Origin: Vitrella brassicaformis CCMP3155
Lineage: Eukaryota; Protista; Chromerida
Reading direction: 5' to 3'
NCBI GenBank assembly: GCA_001179505.1
Contig: CDMY01000859.1
Coordinates: 124,001-188,000 of the forward strand
DNA: 64,000 nucleotides
Position numbers and translations under genes: made by a program. The notes under the pieces are model-generated. The model was not told the DNA's origin. It saw only the letters and a list, made by a program, of their open reading frames with translations, and ran no database searches. The stretch's first letter is position 1, and each line of letters opens with the position of its first letter. This document shows, in pieces, positions 24,389 to 36,069 of this stretch.

Positions 24389-26219
24389 TTAGGCAAGTAG
24401 GCCCTTGATGAAGGCCGCCGCCTGGTGCCCCGCGTCACATGCATATGCATAGCCCATCCGGGCCCCCCTCACCACCCGCCTCGCCATCTCTACACAGCAG
24501 CACCCATCCTCCTCGTCACGCCCCTCCCAACTGACCAGCCACGAGTTCCCCTGCCTCTGCCAGTAGGCCACCTCCCACTTAGTCAGCTTGCTCACATACA
24601 AGCCGTCCTCGCCCCCACCCCACAGCGACCGGCACCTCCAGGAGGGGGAGGGAGGGGGAGGGCACCGTGTGTGTGGTGGTGGGCGGCCAGCTGGGCGGCC
24701 CGTACGCCATCGAGTGTGTGTGGACGGCGGCGTAGGTGGGGGGTAACACTATGTGGCGGCTGGTGTGGGTGTGGGGGCTCGCGGGCTTCTGTGGCAGTGC
24801 GACCGGCGCCACACACGGGGAGGTCATCTGACCCGGCAGAAGGGACGGGCGCAGCGGTCTCGCCGTTGCCGGTGTGTGTCTGCTGCTGTGTGTTGGTCTT
24901 GAGTGTGGGTGTGGAGGGTGCGGCGGCTGGTCCACCGGGGTTGTGGGCTGTGACCTTGGGTGAGGTGGCAGTGCGAAGGGGCATCGGTGGGGGCGTGCTG
25001 CTGTGCGGCTGGTGCTGGTGCTGTGGGTGGTGTGTGGGGCCGGGGGAGGCCGACGGTGACACGGCGGGCCCTGGGAGGGAGAGGGGGGAGCTGGGTGGGT
25101 GTGAGGGCTCCTGCTGGTCGTGGTCGCCGTCGTAGAGGGGCGCGGGGAGGGCGGGCGACAGGGGCGGGGTGGGTATCTCGGCCGCAGCAGCGGCGGCTTC
25201 CAGCACGGCGGCTGGGATCTCTTGGTCCTCCTTCAGGAACCAATTCTTGACTACCGCCTGCATGAATGTCGGCAGACAAAGACAGACAGACAGACAGATA
25301 TGTGGAGAAGAATGGATGTATGGTGCGTATGTGTACGGGTGTATGTGTCATTCCTTTACTGATTTGAGGCAGTCTGCACTTACCGGCATGCCCTCGGTGA
25401 CCTCTCTCCGCCACAAGAAGATGGCCTTGTGGTGGTACTCCTCACACACGCCCTGCAGGACGGATGCATCAATCACGACCACACAGCATACGCAGACACG
25501 CCAGACCAAAAAGCTGAATGGACACAGGTCGTGTACTTAACTGACTAACGGTGCCCACTTACTTACCAGCTCCTCGTCGTATTCCCGCCGCCTCTCCTCG
25601 TCCAGGAGGACATCCCTGGCCTGCTTGATGTAATCAAACATGTAGCCGTCCTTCAAGAAACCCCTATCAGGATGAGCCTGCATCGAATGCAATTAATGAC
25701 AGCACACCCATTGCAATACAACACACCGACCGATGCATACGCACGGCTCACATCATCCCTCCAGCATGCAATGCATCGCTCCGCGTACCCAGAAGGCTGC
25801 TTTCTTGTACGCCGCCTTGATCTCCTCCCTACTCGCAAAGGGCGACACGCCCAACACCACATAGTGGCCAAGGAGGAAGGGACCGAGCCGACCTGCACAC
25901 ACACAACACTCACAGAAAAATATCTCACAGGTACATTGCGTGTAAGGTCTCTATGTTTCCCTTTGTCTGTTTCCTCTGTCTGTTTCCCTCTGTCTGTTTC
26001 CCTCTGTCTGTTTCCCTCTGTCTGTTTCCCTCTGTCTGTTTCCCTTTGTCTGTCTGTTTGTCAGTCTGTTTGTATACGTACTTGTATCATCCTCGTAGTC
26101 GGCCCACCGCGGCTTCTCCTTCCTCTCGACCTCCTGTGCGGCACTTCGTCGATCTCGGTGGCCGCCGAAGCGGCCAAATATGCGGAGACAAAAATTGAGA
26201 AGAGAAGGAGACATGGCAT
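24389..26219 (-). CDS. J-domain (DnaJ type III) protein with N-terminal signal peptide and Pro-rich tail; 3' exon structure uncertain
   Basis: MPCLLLFSIFVSAYLAASAA (signal-like). J domain HYVVLGVSPFASREEIKAAYKKAAFW|AHPDRGF...FDYIKQARDVLLDEERRREYD (about 25565-25870) with intact HPD. A Pro/Ala/His-rich low-complexity exon follows. Confidence 0.7.
25953..26050. repeat. Intronic 14-bp minisatellite (TGTTTCCCTCTGTC)n, about 6-7 copies with variants
   Basis: Directly visible tandem array inside an intron of the J-domain gene. Confidence 0.9.
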
Positions 26220-26792
26220 TCGAATGTTGATAAGCCTCTTCTTTTGCCCCTTACGCACCTGTGGTGTCCGATTCCCGCCGCCTCTGCTTTACGTGGTGGA
26301 GGCGTGGCGTGCGTCACGGCGTGTAGCGTGGACGAAGACAAAAAAAAAGATGCAACGCCTAAAAAAAAAAAAGAGAGATGGAATCGGTCGCAAGGCTGCT
26401 CGGTCAGACACACCTTTCATACGCTTGTCCTTGCGGCCATGGTCTCCTCTCTGGGTCGAACCCCGGCTCCCAACCCCACAAAGCACCCAGCAGTACGGAA
26501 ACCGTCCGTGCGCACGAGGTCGTTGAGGCAGGCGGTTGACGCGGAGGGAATGTAATCCTGACGAAAGGCGCCGGTAGAAGGAGCGAAATGGAGGAGATGT
26601 GAGGAAAACACAGGCGGGCCAGGTCTAATGGAACTGAGATTTCTATCAGGGTACGGCCGGGTTTGTCTCGGAAATTCTCGCCATTCTCGGCGGGTGAATT
26701 CTCGACAAAGGTTGCAGTATTTCGCAGTGGCGTGGGGTGATTCGACTGTGCGTGATCGCAGAACATCTCATCCACATCCGCCCCCTTGCCCC

Positions 26793-27092
26793 NNNNNNNN
26801 NNNNNNNNNNNNNNNNNNNNNNNNNNNNNNNNNNNNNNNNNNNNNNNNNNNNNNNNNNNNNNNNNNNNNNNNNNNNNNNNNNNNNNNNNNNNNNNNNNNN
26901 NNNNNNNNNNNNNNNNNNNNNNNNNNNNNNNNNNNNNNNNNNNNNNNNNNNNNNNNNNNNNNNNNNNNNNNNNNNNNNNNNNNNNNNNNNNNNNNNNNNN
27001 NNNNNNNNNNNNNNNNNNNNNNNNNNNNNNNNNNNNNNNNNNNNNNNNNNNNNNNNNNNNNNNNNNNNNNNNNNNNNNNNNNNNNNNNNNNN
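26793..27092. other. Assembly gap (300 N) flanked by poly-C runs
   Basis: N-run seen directly. ORFs crossing it are artefacts. Confidence 1.
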
Positions 27093-27194
27093 CCCCCCCA
27101 GTCTCGGCGTAGGATGAGACTTGAGAGCCATCAGTCAGTCTTTTTGACGAGAGCCATGTTATGACTTGTATCCCCCCCTCCCCCCTCGTCCTTA

Positions 27195-27476
27195 TCACTC
27201 TGTACTTCCAGCAACATGCCCCTCCCTCCATGTCTCCCTATCTCTCTCCCTAAGCATGTCTTTGACGCAGGAGGAGATGAATGGACCATGACGAACGCAG
27301 GAGGCTAGAAAGCACATCCACGGCAGCTCCGAGGACCGCGCCAGCCAGTCGATGAACCCAAAGAAGGCATCGTCGAGATCCTGCTGGGTGAACGACAGCT
27401 GGGTGAGGTCAAACGCCAGCCGGCGCTCCATAAGCCATATCCAGGACATGAGCCGCCAGAGCCATAACGCATCCAT
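27195..27476 (-). CDS. Possible small hypothetical protein or exon of a gene running into the gap
   Basis: 93-aa ORF with protein-like composition (MERRLAFDLTQLSFTQQDLDDAFFGFIDWLARSSELPW). No family recognised. Confidence 0.25.
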   Translation of the reverse strand: MDALWLWRLMSWIWLMERRLAFDLTQLSFTQQDLDDAFFGFIDWLARSSELPWMCFLASCVRHGPFISSCVKDMLRERDRETWREGHVAGSTE

Positions 27477-27645
27477 GGATGGATGGATGGAACCGCAGAT
27501 CCTCAGTGCAACTGCAGTTACCTAACGTCCGGACAAACTCAGATACGTCGCTTCAACTGCACCTGCAGGAGACTGAGGGTCCCGCGGGAGCCCCCACGAG
27601 CTCGCAGAAGCCGTCCGGCCAAAGAACGTCTTTTGTTGGTGTAGC

Positions 27646-30600
27646 TTGGCGCAAAAAGGGGGGACACTCGGCCGAAAAGATGGACAGGATGGAGAGAAAA
27701 GAGCTCCGAGAGTTCACCAGTCTCAGGAAGGGATGAGACGGCGCGTGTCGATTTTGCCTGCGGGCGCTGCGCAGGCGAGAAGGGATGAGGAGTATGAGGA
27801 GGATAGGCGGAGGAAGAGAAAGACCAAGGCGCTCAGCAAATCGCTCATCATCGACGCACTCAAAGACTTCGCCACGCAGGCAGGCAACGAACTCGATAGA
27901 TGCAGAGCACAAGACGACAGGGGCTGCGTGTGTTGATTGGTGTGTTCATTGCAACAGGAGAAGTTCAAGCTGGTGAATCCCTTTGAGAAGGTCACTGATC
28001 CCTTCAGGGAGCAGAAACAGAAACAGATCCGGGCATTCGGCGACTACTCTTTCTGGAAGTACTACGAGAAGATTGACGTGTCGAGGATATACGATGGCGT
28101 AAGAGCCACAAACACACTGCCAACACTCGCCACGACACTCTCTTTTGCCCTCCAGAAATCAGCTGAGTACCAGAACCTCAAGCTCATGTTCTGGGAGACC
28201 GTCTTCTTCATCTTGTGGCTGAGCATCTTCACGGCTCTCGTCATCACGTCGACATCACAGCTGCAATACGGCTGCCGAGCAGCGCAGGTCAGCCAAAACC
28301 CAACCAACTGCCGATGGCTTTCTTCTGCACTGCACTGTGTGCCTTCTGCAGCTCTCGTATTGGTCTGACTGCCGGCTGTCTCTGCCTGAGCGCCAGGATT
28401 GCGCGGTTGACAACATCAAGGACATCAGCAGCTTCTGGTCCTGGCTGACGAACGACTTCACCGACCTCGCGTGGCCTTTCGAGTACGCCGTCCATCTGCC
28501 CCCTGATGCATTCGGCCGCTCGAGCACTTACCAGCTCAACGAGCTCTCGAAGCCCTTCTCAATGAGGTGACCATCTCACTTCATCTGCCATCCTCAATCG
28601 GAAACATGCATCAATCCGTTTCTGGATCAGGGTCCTGGACGACAGGGGTATATTCTTTCTCTTGGGTGCCATTCGCGTCCGTCAGCTTCGTGTGCGGCCG
28701 AACGCAGGCTGCAAAGTGAGCAACGGCTTCCGGCATGCATTCCCCCAGTGCTACGGTGAGAAACTGCAACTCACTTTCCTCACCTGAAAGTGTGTCTCTC
28801 GCGCAGCTTTGTGGAGATCGAGCACTGAGTCCAAACGCTACTTTGCCAAAAGGTGAGCGCTGGATGGGCACAGCCCTGTCGCCATGTCTGCCTGCCTTGT
28901 TAGGTGGACGCCGACCTACACACTGCCGGCTTACCGATATCGCACACCTAAATGTAGGTCATCGCCGGATACAGGGCGTGTCCCTACACATTTTGCTGGT
29001 GTGTGTAGACACGAAACAAAGCCGTACACGTGGGCAGTATTCCACATACGGTGCCGGGGGCTTTCTCTTTGACCTGCCACCCAAGTAAGGATGAAAGCAG
29101 AGTACTGCATCCACTGTTGACATTTGTTTTGCCTTAGCAAGACTGACGGTGTGATCCTCCTGCAAGACCTGAGGGAATGGGCATACCTCGACGAACAGAC
29201 GCGGTATAGGCAGAGGAGATGCAGACAGGCTATTGAAGACGCACCACCGCTTGTTTCCTGTGTCTCATTGTCGGCAGTGCCGTGATAATTGAGCTGAATG
29301 TGGTCAACCCTCACGTCAACATTATTGTCAACACCCGTCTGCTCTTCGAGCTTGCCCCCACCGGAGAAATCGTGGCAAAGTAAAACACGTGCATGTTTGA
29401 CGTGCTCACCTGGGTCTGTGTCTCAGACAGGAGGCGCACGCACTGCCCGTCTTCTTTCTCGCACTCCACGCCATGGCGGAGAGCGACGTGAGGAAGGGAT
29501 GCACGGCAAGAAAAGGGGGACACGCTAAGCAAGTGCACGTGTGTGGTTCTCAGATAGCCTCTTTTTCGATCCAAATCTTCCTGGTCACGTTCATCCTGCT
29601 GGACACCGTCTATGTGGGCTTTCTGATCAAGCAGGGGGGGCTGAGGTACTTTGGCTACGGGTGGAACTGCGTGGAAGTCATTAATTTGGTAAACAAAGCC
29701 ACCGTGAATGCCCCGTCCACACATGCAGGGGCATACTTGGGCGAGATTTGCTGTCTTAGGTGTTGTTCTACATCTTGATTGGCCTCCGCATCCATGTATA
29801 CATCTACTCTAGCAGCGATCTGGGTCAGACGGAGAAATCGTGTGAGCCCTGGGTAAACCTGCCCTGCATGTATATGTGTCTCGTGTCTGTAGGCTTGCGT
29901 TCCAATAGTGTGTCGGATCCGTATGAGTTTCGCCCTTACTCATCCGGTAAGAATGGCGCTCCTCTCATCGATGGCCGAATGGCCGTGTGTCTCCTGCAGT
30001 GATCCAGTACATCCAGTTGTATTCGCGTCTCATTGCCTTCAATGCCGTGCTCATGTGGTCAGCGCCAGCAGACAGGATGTGTGCGTATTTGGAAGAATGC
30101 CTTTCTTTATGTGTGCGTGCGGTTGGTGCCTGCAGGATGAAGCTTTATAAGTACATGGCTCTATTCGGCGTCTTTCGGTCACTCATCAGAGGTGGGAGGC
30201 TTGGAAACGCCGCCACCTCTGTGCATCCTTGCAGACTTCATGTCTTTATCTCCCTCGCAGCGCTTGAGCACGTTGTGCGTGAGTTGGTTGGCTTTCTGGT
30301 GCTCTTCTTCTGCGTTCTTTTTGCTTATGCTGTAAGGATGAGAACTAATCCGATGCGCGAATGGCTTTATGTGTGTGCTTTCCTTCTGATTCGGTTGCAG
30401 CTGGCTCTTTATGGCGGTTTTGCTGAAGCTTCAGAGAAATTTGCTACTCTTGACAGTAAGCGCAGGGCACCGTGGCCTTTGCAGGCATTCATTATGTGTG
30501 GACACGTGTGTGCAGATTGTTTCTTCTCGCTGTTCTTCATGTTGCTGGGCAAGTATGAGCTCACGCCTCTGTATCAGGCGCATAGATTCTTTGGTCAGCA

Positions 30601-31936
30601 CCGGACCTATTGGTTGATGCATGTGTCCGTTGAACTGCTCTGTCTCCCGGTGTGCAGGTCCCCTGCTGTTCTTCACCTTCTTGCTGATCGTGTACTTCCT
30701 GCTGTTCAATCTTGTGGTGGCCATCGTCATCGACACATACACACTGGTTGGTACACACAAAAGGGCAGTAAGGACGGCGCCAAGGCACCTGGAGTGTGTG
30801 CTGGTCGTCTTCAGATCTCCGTGTTGATGGTGAGCGACCAGAAACACGACCCAATGCTGGTCTTCTTCTATGTGTACTACCACAAAGTACGCACGCAAAG
30901 CCCTCCCACATAACATGCACCTACCAAGAGCAGCCATGCATGGCCGTGTCCCTCTCCTTGCCTGTCCACCAGGTCCGCGGCATCGACCTCTTCTGGCTGC
31001 ACGCCGAGGAGCTGGGTGGCCCCGGCGACCAGAAGATCAAGCTGACTAATCTGCCTGGTGTGGTGATTAAGAAGTACCTCGAGAGAAGTAACAAGGGGCA
31101 CGACAAGGGGTACGAAGTAACAGAGGGGCCGGATGTGGAGGACGTCGACCCCGATGCGCTGGAGAAAATCGAAGTCGACAGAGTGCAGCTGCAGGTAGTG
31201 GGGCAACCAACACCAACACACGTGGAGGGGGTGAGACGGATACACATTATTTCGACAGAAACTGTTGGATGAGAATCCCCTCCTCGTTCAAATGCTGGAG
31301 ACGGACAACGCTGCCAAGGTAGAAACCATCCGCCACCGATTTGTCCATTGGTGGCTGTGTTTGTGTCATGTGTATCCATCCTCAGGTCATTCGCCGATTC
31401 AATGAACGCGCAAAGCAGCCCCTGACAGAAATCACAGAGCTGCAGGTCAGGCGCCCGGCTGTATTGAGCTGTCAATCGTCCGTCTCTCTCTCTCTTTCTC
31501 CTGTCCTTGCTGTCTGTGTGCCCACAGGAGCGTGTGTATCGGAAGCTGGAGAGGCTGGAGAAGTCGGGCATAGCATTGGAGTACAGCGAGGTGCCGGCCG
31601 TGGAGTCCGTCAGGAAGGGCCTCTCGGAGCAGCTGCAGCGCCTGCAAGCCAAGTGGAAACAAGAGCTGGCAGGTCAGCAAGGGATGGAGCGAGGGAGCGA
31701 CGGAGCGACATCGCGAGATCCGTGTTGTTGTCTGTGCAGATGTGTTGAGGACGGCAGCACAGGCGTCTGCGGGGCTCATCGATCTGACAAAGGTATTGAA
31801 GCATCCCATGCCTGTCCGTCTCAGACAGGTGGACGTGTGTTCATCTTGGCCCATCGGTCAGGCGCTGGAAAACGTACAGATGAATCACAACACGCTTGTC
31901 CGAGAGCTGGCGTCAGCCGAGGACGAGGAGGCGTGA
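27646..31936 (+). CDS. PKD2: Polycystin-2 / TRPP-like cation channel (ends approximate)
   Basis: S1 FWETVFFILWLSIFTALV. TOP-domain hallmarks LLGAIRVRQLRVRPNAGC, GQYSTYGAGGFLFDLP and AYLDEQTR..IIELNVVNPHVNIIVNTRLLFELAPTGEI. Further TM helices, pore region FFSLFFMLLGKYE, S6 FFTFLLIVYFLLFNLVVAIVIDTY, and a C-terminal coiled coil. Confidence 0.9.
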
Positions 31937-32249
31937 TGAGTTATGACATTGTGATGCATGTGTGTTCTGGGCGTGTGTGGTAGTGGGAAAAAGTGGTCGT
32001 TAACGGTCTTGGCCAGCCTCGTCATCCTCGCCGATTAGCTCGCATTAGGGTTTTGAGAAGCTGAGAGAACGGACGAGGAACCTCCTGCTCGTCCATCGTT
32101 TCTGTCCTTCCCTTCTCGTCTTAAATCGCACCTGCAGACAGCAATCGCTCATCCTTTTTGAAGGCCTTGGACTCCTGGTGGCGAAGGACTCTGCCTGTCT
32201 ACCGCCGCGCACAGAGAGATCCGCCATCGCTTCTACCGAGGCAGTAAGG

Positions 32250-35200
32250 ATGCAGTCGTCACTGGCATGGCTGCTGGCTATCGCAGCGCTCGTCGGCAGC
32301 GCATCTGCCTTCCCCACGTAAGTGTGGGAGATCATTCAGAGGCCTGCGGGGCTCGGGAGGGGCGCACTGAGTTGCACGTGTGGCGTGCCGCTGCCCACAA
32401 GCCCACAATGGCTGCGTGTCTCGTGCGGCGTGCAGGTCTTCGTGCCCTGAGGGTTTCGTCTGGTTCGGGGGGAGGTGTTTTGCCAAGTTCACCTCTCCGC
32501 TGGGCTGGGAGCAGGCCGAACAGCAGTGCCAGGAGAAAGGAGGCCACCTCGCCACCATCGGCAGCATTCTCGACAACGAGGTTCTCAAGGTGAGCTGAAC
32601 AGTGAGGCGGGCACCATGTGGTGGACGGATGGGTGTTACGTGCTCTCTTGGCCTGTGCAGCTTCTCTGCTTCAACGGCACAACGTCCAACGATGACCGCG
32701 CCTGCTGGTACGATCCTGCACGGTTGCCACACACGCACCCAGACACACAGCTGTGGGTGAGTGGTGTGAATTACGCGTGTGTGGTGTGGTCGGTCGGTCA
32801 GGATCGGTCTCAACGACCGTGCCAAGGAGGGGAGCTTCCAGTGGACCAACACCAACATGACGGCCGCCGAGAACATGTGGGCCTTCGACTGGGCCGTAAG
32901 CATGGAACACATACAAGCACGATGAACGAACATGAACACGATGGACATCCTACCTTTGTCTGTGTGTCTTCAGGTCCACCGCGACAACAACTACGAGCCC
33001 AACAACCTGCCCAAACGCAGCGACGGCGAGTGTGCCGACGACAACAGCGCCCCCGAGTGCGGCGCCAACTGCGTGTGGCTGTACGGTGCCGACGGCACCC
33101 TCAGGGACTGGCCATGCACCGATGAACTCCCCTACCTGTGCGAAACCGATGCTGAGGAAACATTCTGTAAGCCAAGAAAGATGTGTGGGGGGTGGGTAGA
33201 GAGATAGGACAGACATGCTTTCATGTGCACCTGCCTGTGTGTCCGTTGTTTCGTTCAGCGAGTTACCGCTGGCGGTTCAAGGCCGAAGACCGGGACCCCA
33301 TCACTATCGCAGAGATACAGTACGGGTGGCGCACACACAAGACTACCTCTCAGCCATCCTGGCACGTTCTCTTCGTCTCGTCTGTCAGGTTGTTCCACGA
33401 TGCCGAGTGCAATGACCGCGTCAACGTCAGTTCTGCTCAGATCTTTACCAGCATGTCCATCCAGAGCATCCTGAGCGGCCGCAGGAGCAGAAACCGCGAC
33501 AGGAGCCGCGGCAACGACACTGACGACGAGAGCGCCCCCACCACCGCCCCGTCGGCAGACGAGGACAACGAGGTGGTCGAGACCGAGAAGCTCGAGGAGG
33601 AGATGAGGATGTTTGACGACGACGAGGACACCACCCTCAAGCTCACGTGCGACCCGGGCTCCGAGCCTGAGCAGGATGACGTGGGCGATGAAGGCCTCAC
33701 CGACAATCGCACCGCCAGGCCCGCCATCCGGAGCTGCAGACCAGAAGTGCAGCTCTTCTTCCCTAAGGTGAGTGACAGAGAGGGAGGGGCACACAGACAG
33801 ACTGACAACAGGCGAGATCATGCCTTTGTGTGGGACATCCATCCATCGTGTGTGTGAATGCAGACGACTGAGATTCAGTGTGCGCGTATGCTGACCAAGG
33901 ACGACGGTGATAGTCCCCGCGACATTCGCTTCGAGCGTCTGGAGCTGCCCCGCCATTTCTACGGCATGAAGGTCGCCACCACACCCGGCGAGTGGAGCGT
34001 CTTCTACTTCCCCGAGACCGACCGCTTCAAGGACCTCTACGAGGAGGCACACCGGCCCTTCGACCTCGACATCGCCGTCAACAGCATCACCGCCGGCGCC
34101 TTCATGAACTCGTCGAGGGTGCGTCTGGTGCGCCGCCCCGTGACCCTCATGGAGCGCAGCTGCCTGGACTACGATGCCGACAGCGAGGTGGAGGGGCTGG
34201 GGCTCGAGGTGGCGCCCGAACAGGCCGTGACCACCGAGATGGACGCTAATGGAGACACCCAGGCGGTCTATCAGGTGGGTCTGTGCACAGGCATGGGATG
34301 GTGGATGGTGTATACGTGCGGGAGGCATGGCATGGTTGTGGTTTTGTTGCTTCAGACCTGGAAGAACGTCGTGATAGACACGCCGGGCATGTACGAGATC
34401 TGCCACTGCTTCAGCGACTGCGAGCTGGCCAAGCAGTGGAGAGACGTCGGTGAAATCTCCGTCGCGGGTGACCGGCAGCACCACACCAGATGACATGCTG
34501 CACGCCATACACACAATCTCACTCATTGGATTCCCGTCGGTTCTACAGGTCTCCACCGTGACGGTCTGGCCACCGTGCAGTCCGGCCGTGTGTTCTCCCT
34601 GCTGCTGCCCGGCTGGGCCCTCCCCAAGAAGACCACCGATGAGCACGAAATCGCCTCGCGCCTCAAGATCATCAGTGACGCCGAGAACGCCTCAGATGCC
34701 GCCCCGGACACCTGCGGCAGGGCCGCGGCGTCGGCAGACGTCAAGAGCGGCATCGACTGCGATGGCGCCACCGAGTGCCACACCGCGCCCACCACGGCGC
34801 TCATCTACGGGCAAGAGTGGGCCGACCTGAAGATTGTCTCCAAGACGGCCAAGAACTACACTGTCTGCCACTGCCTGAAGGACTGCGGCAACCCCGATCG
34901 GTGGCAGGATGTGGGCACGGTGGCGGTGGGTGTGCCAGACCACACGTGCAACTGGCCGGTGGCGTGCAGCGACTACTACCCTGAGTGTGTGCGGTATCCC
35001 CTCGACCCGCCCAGAGACATCGGCTGCGAGCCCGAGGGTGACGCATTCACTGACGCCGAGAATGAAGCCTACGACAGCGACACCGGTGATGCAGAGACCC
35101 CTCGTGCGTCTCAGAACCCGCCCACCCCCTCGCCCATCCAGCCAGTGGTGGTTAACAGGCGACGCGACAACAGCTCAAGAAGCGATCAGGAGGACCAGAT

Positions 35201-36069
35201 GGACGAGTCCCTCGCTGACTCCGTCCGGGGCGTGTCGCTCAGAGGTGAGAGCAGAGCAACAAACAGAAGACACAGGCCAAACGCCGTGCAACACGTGTGT
35301 GTATGTCCTGATTGATCCCTCAGACCAACGGGAGCGGATGCCGGCCAGCACGGCATGTGAGGGCGACTGGTGCCCGGGCGCCGAGAGCGCAACGGCCGCC
35401 GTTAGTGAGAGCGGCGTCTCGTCTGGCTACACCCAGCCAGCAGAGCGCGCCGACAACAAGGGCGGCAGCTGGCTCATCATCACTGGTAGGGCCACAGAGG
35501 GAGACGTGTCGTCTCGTGATGCACCGCCCATCGCTCCGTTGGTGTTGATGTGTCTTGCTCAGGTATTGTTGCCGCCACGTTCGTTGTGTTGGGCTTTGCC
35601 CTCACTGGCCTCTGGTGCTGCTGCTTCAAGAGAGGGTAAACCGTCATCACGCACCAACACGCCCACCAACACACACGCTCTCAGATCATGTGACCCCTGA
35701 CTGTTTTCTCTCCCCACCTGCAGCCGCCGGGGGCTGTCGTATTGCTTCGTGCCCACCCCCATGGCGCGTCGCGAGTTCGAGGACGACCATACCCACACCG
35801 TCACCGACACCATGAGCGAGGTCTCCACCGAGTTCGCCAGCACCACAGCAGCCGGCACACCAGCCGCTGACAAGGCCAGTGCGGCAGCAGCGGCTGCGGG
35901 GGGCGGCACCAAGAAGCTCTCCATCGATCTGTATGACCGCGACATCGAGCAGGGCGGCGGCAACGGGCCCGCACGAACACTCTATGGCACTCCTAGCTCG
36001 GCGGCAAGACAGCAGCAGGCCCAGCAGGCCCAGCAGAAGCAACAGGACGGATCTCTCTTGGACTTTTGA
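32250..36069 (+). CDS. Type I membrane protein with N-terminal C-type lectin domain, Cys-rich stalk, single TM and cytoplasmic tail
   Basis: Signal peptide MQSSLAWLLAIAALVGSASAF. CTLD: SCPEGFVWFGGRCF...WEQAEQQCQEKGGHLATI...CW|IGLND...GSFQW...EPNN...NCV...LRDWPCTDELPYLCE. Two YxxCHC..DC....W.DVG.+.V repeats. TM LIITGIVAATFVVLGFALTGLWCCCF. Tail ends ...SLLDF*. Confidence 0.85.

Noticed and set aside
25953-26050. Regular 14-bp repeat considered as a CRISPR-like array
   Set aside because: It is a head-to-tail tandem repeat with no spacers, lies in an intron of a eukaryotic gene, and there are no cas genes.
26404-27231. Long ORFs spanning 26.4-27.2 kb
   Set aside because: Their length comes from the 300-N gap being translated as X.
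33255-34646. 463-aa minus-strand ORF
   Set aside because: It is the antisense shadow of the GC3-rich lectin-receptor exons, runs through that gene's introns and has no motifs.
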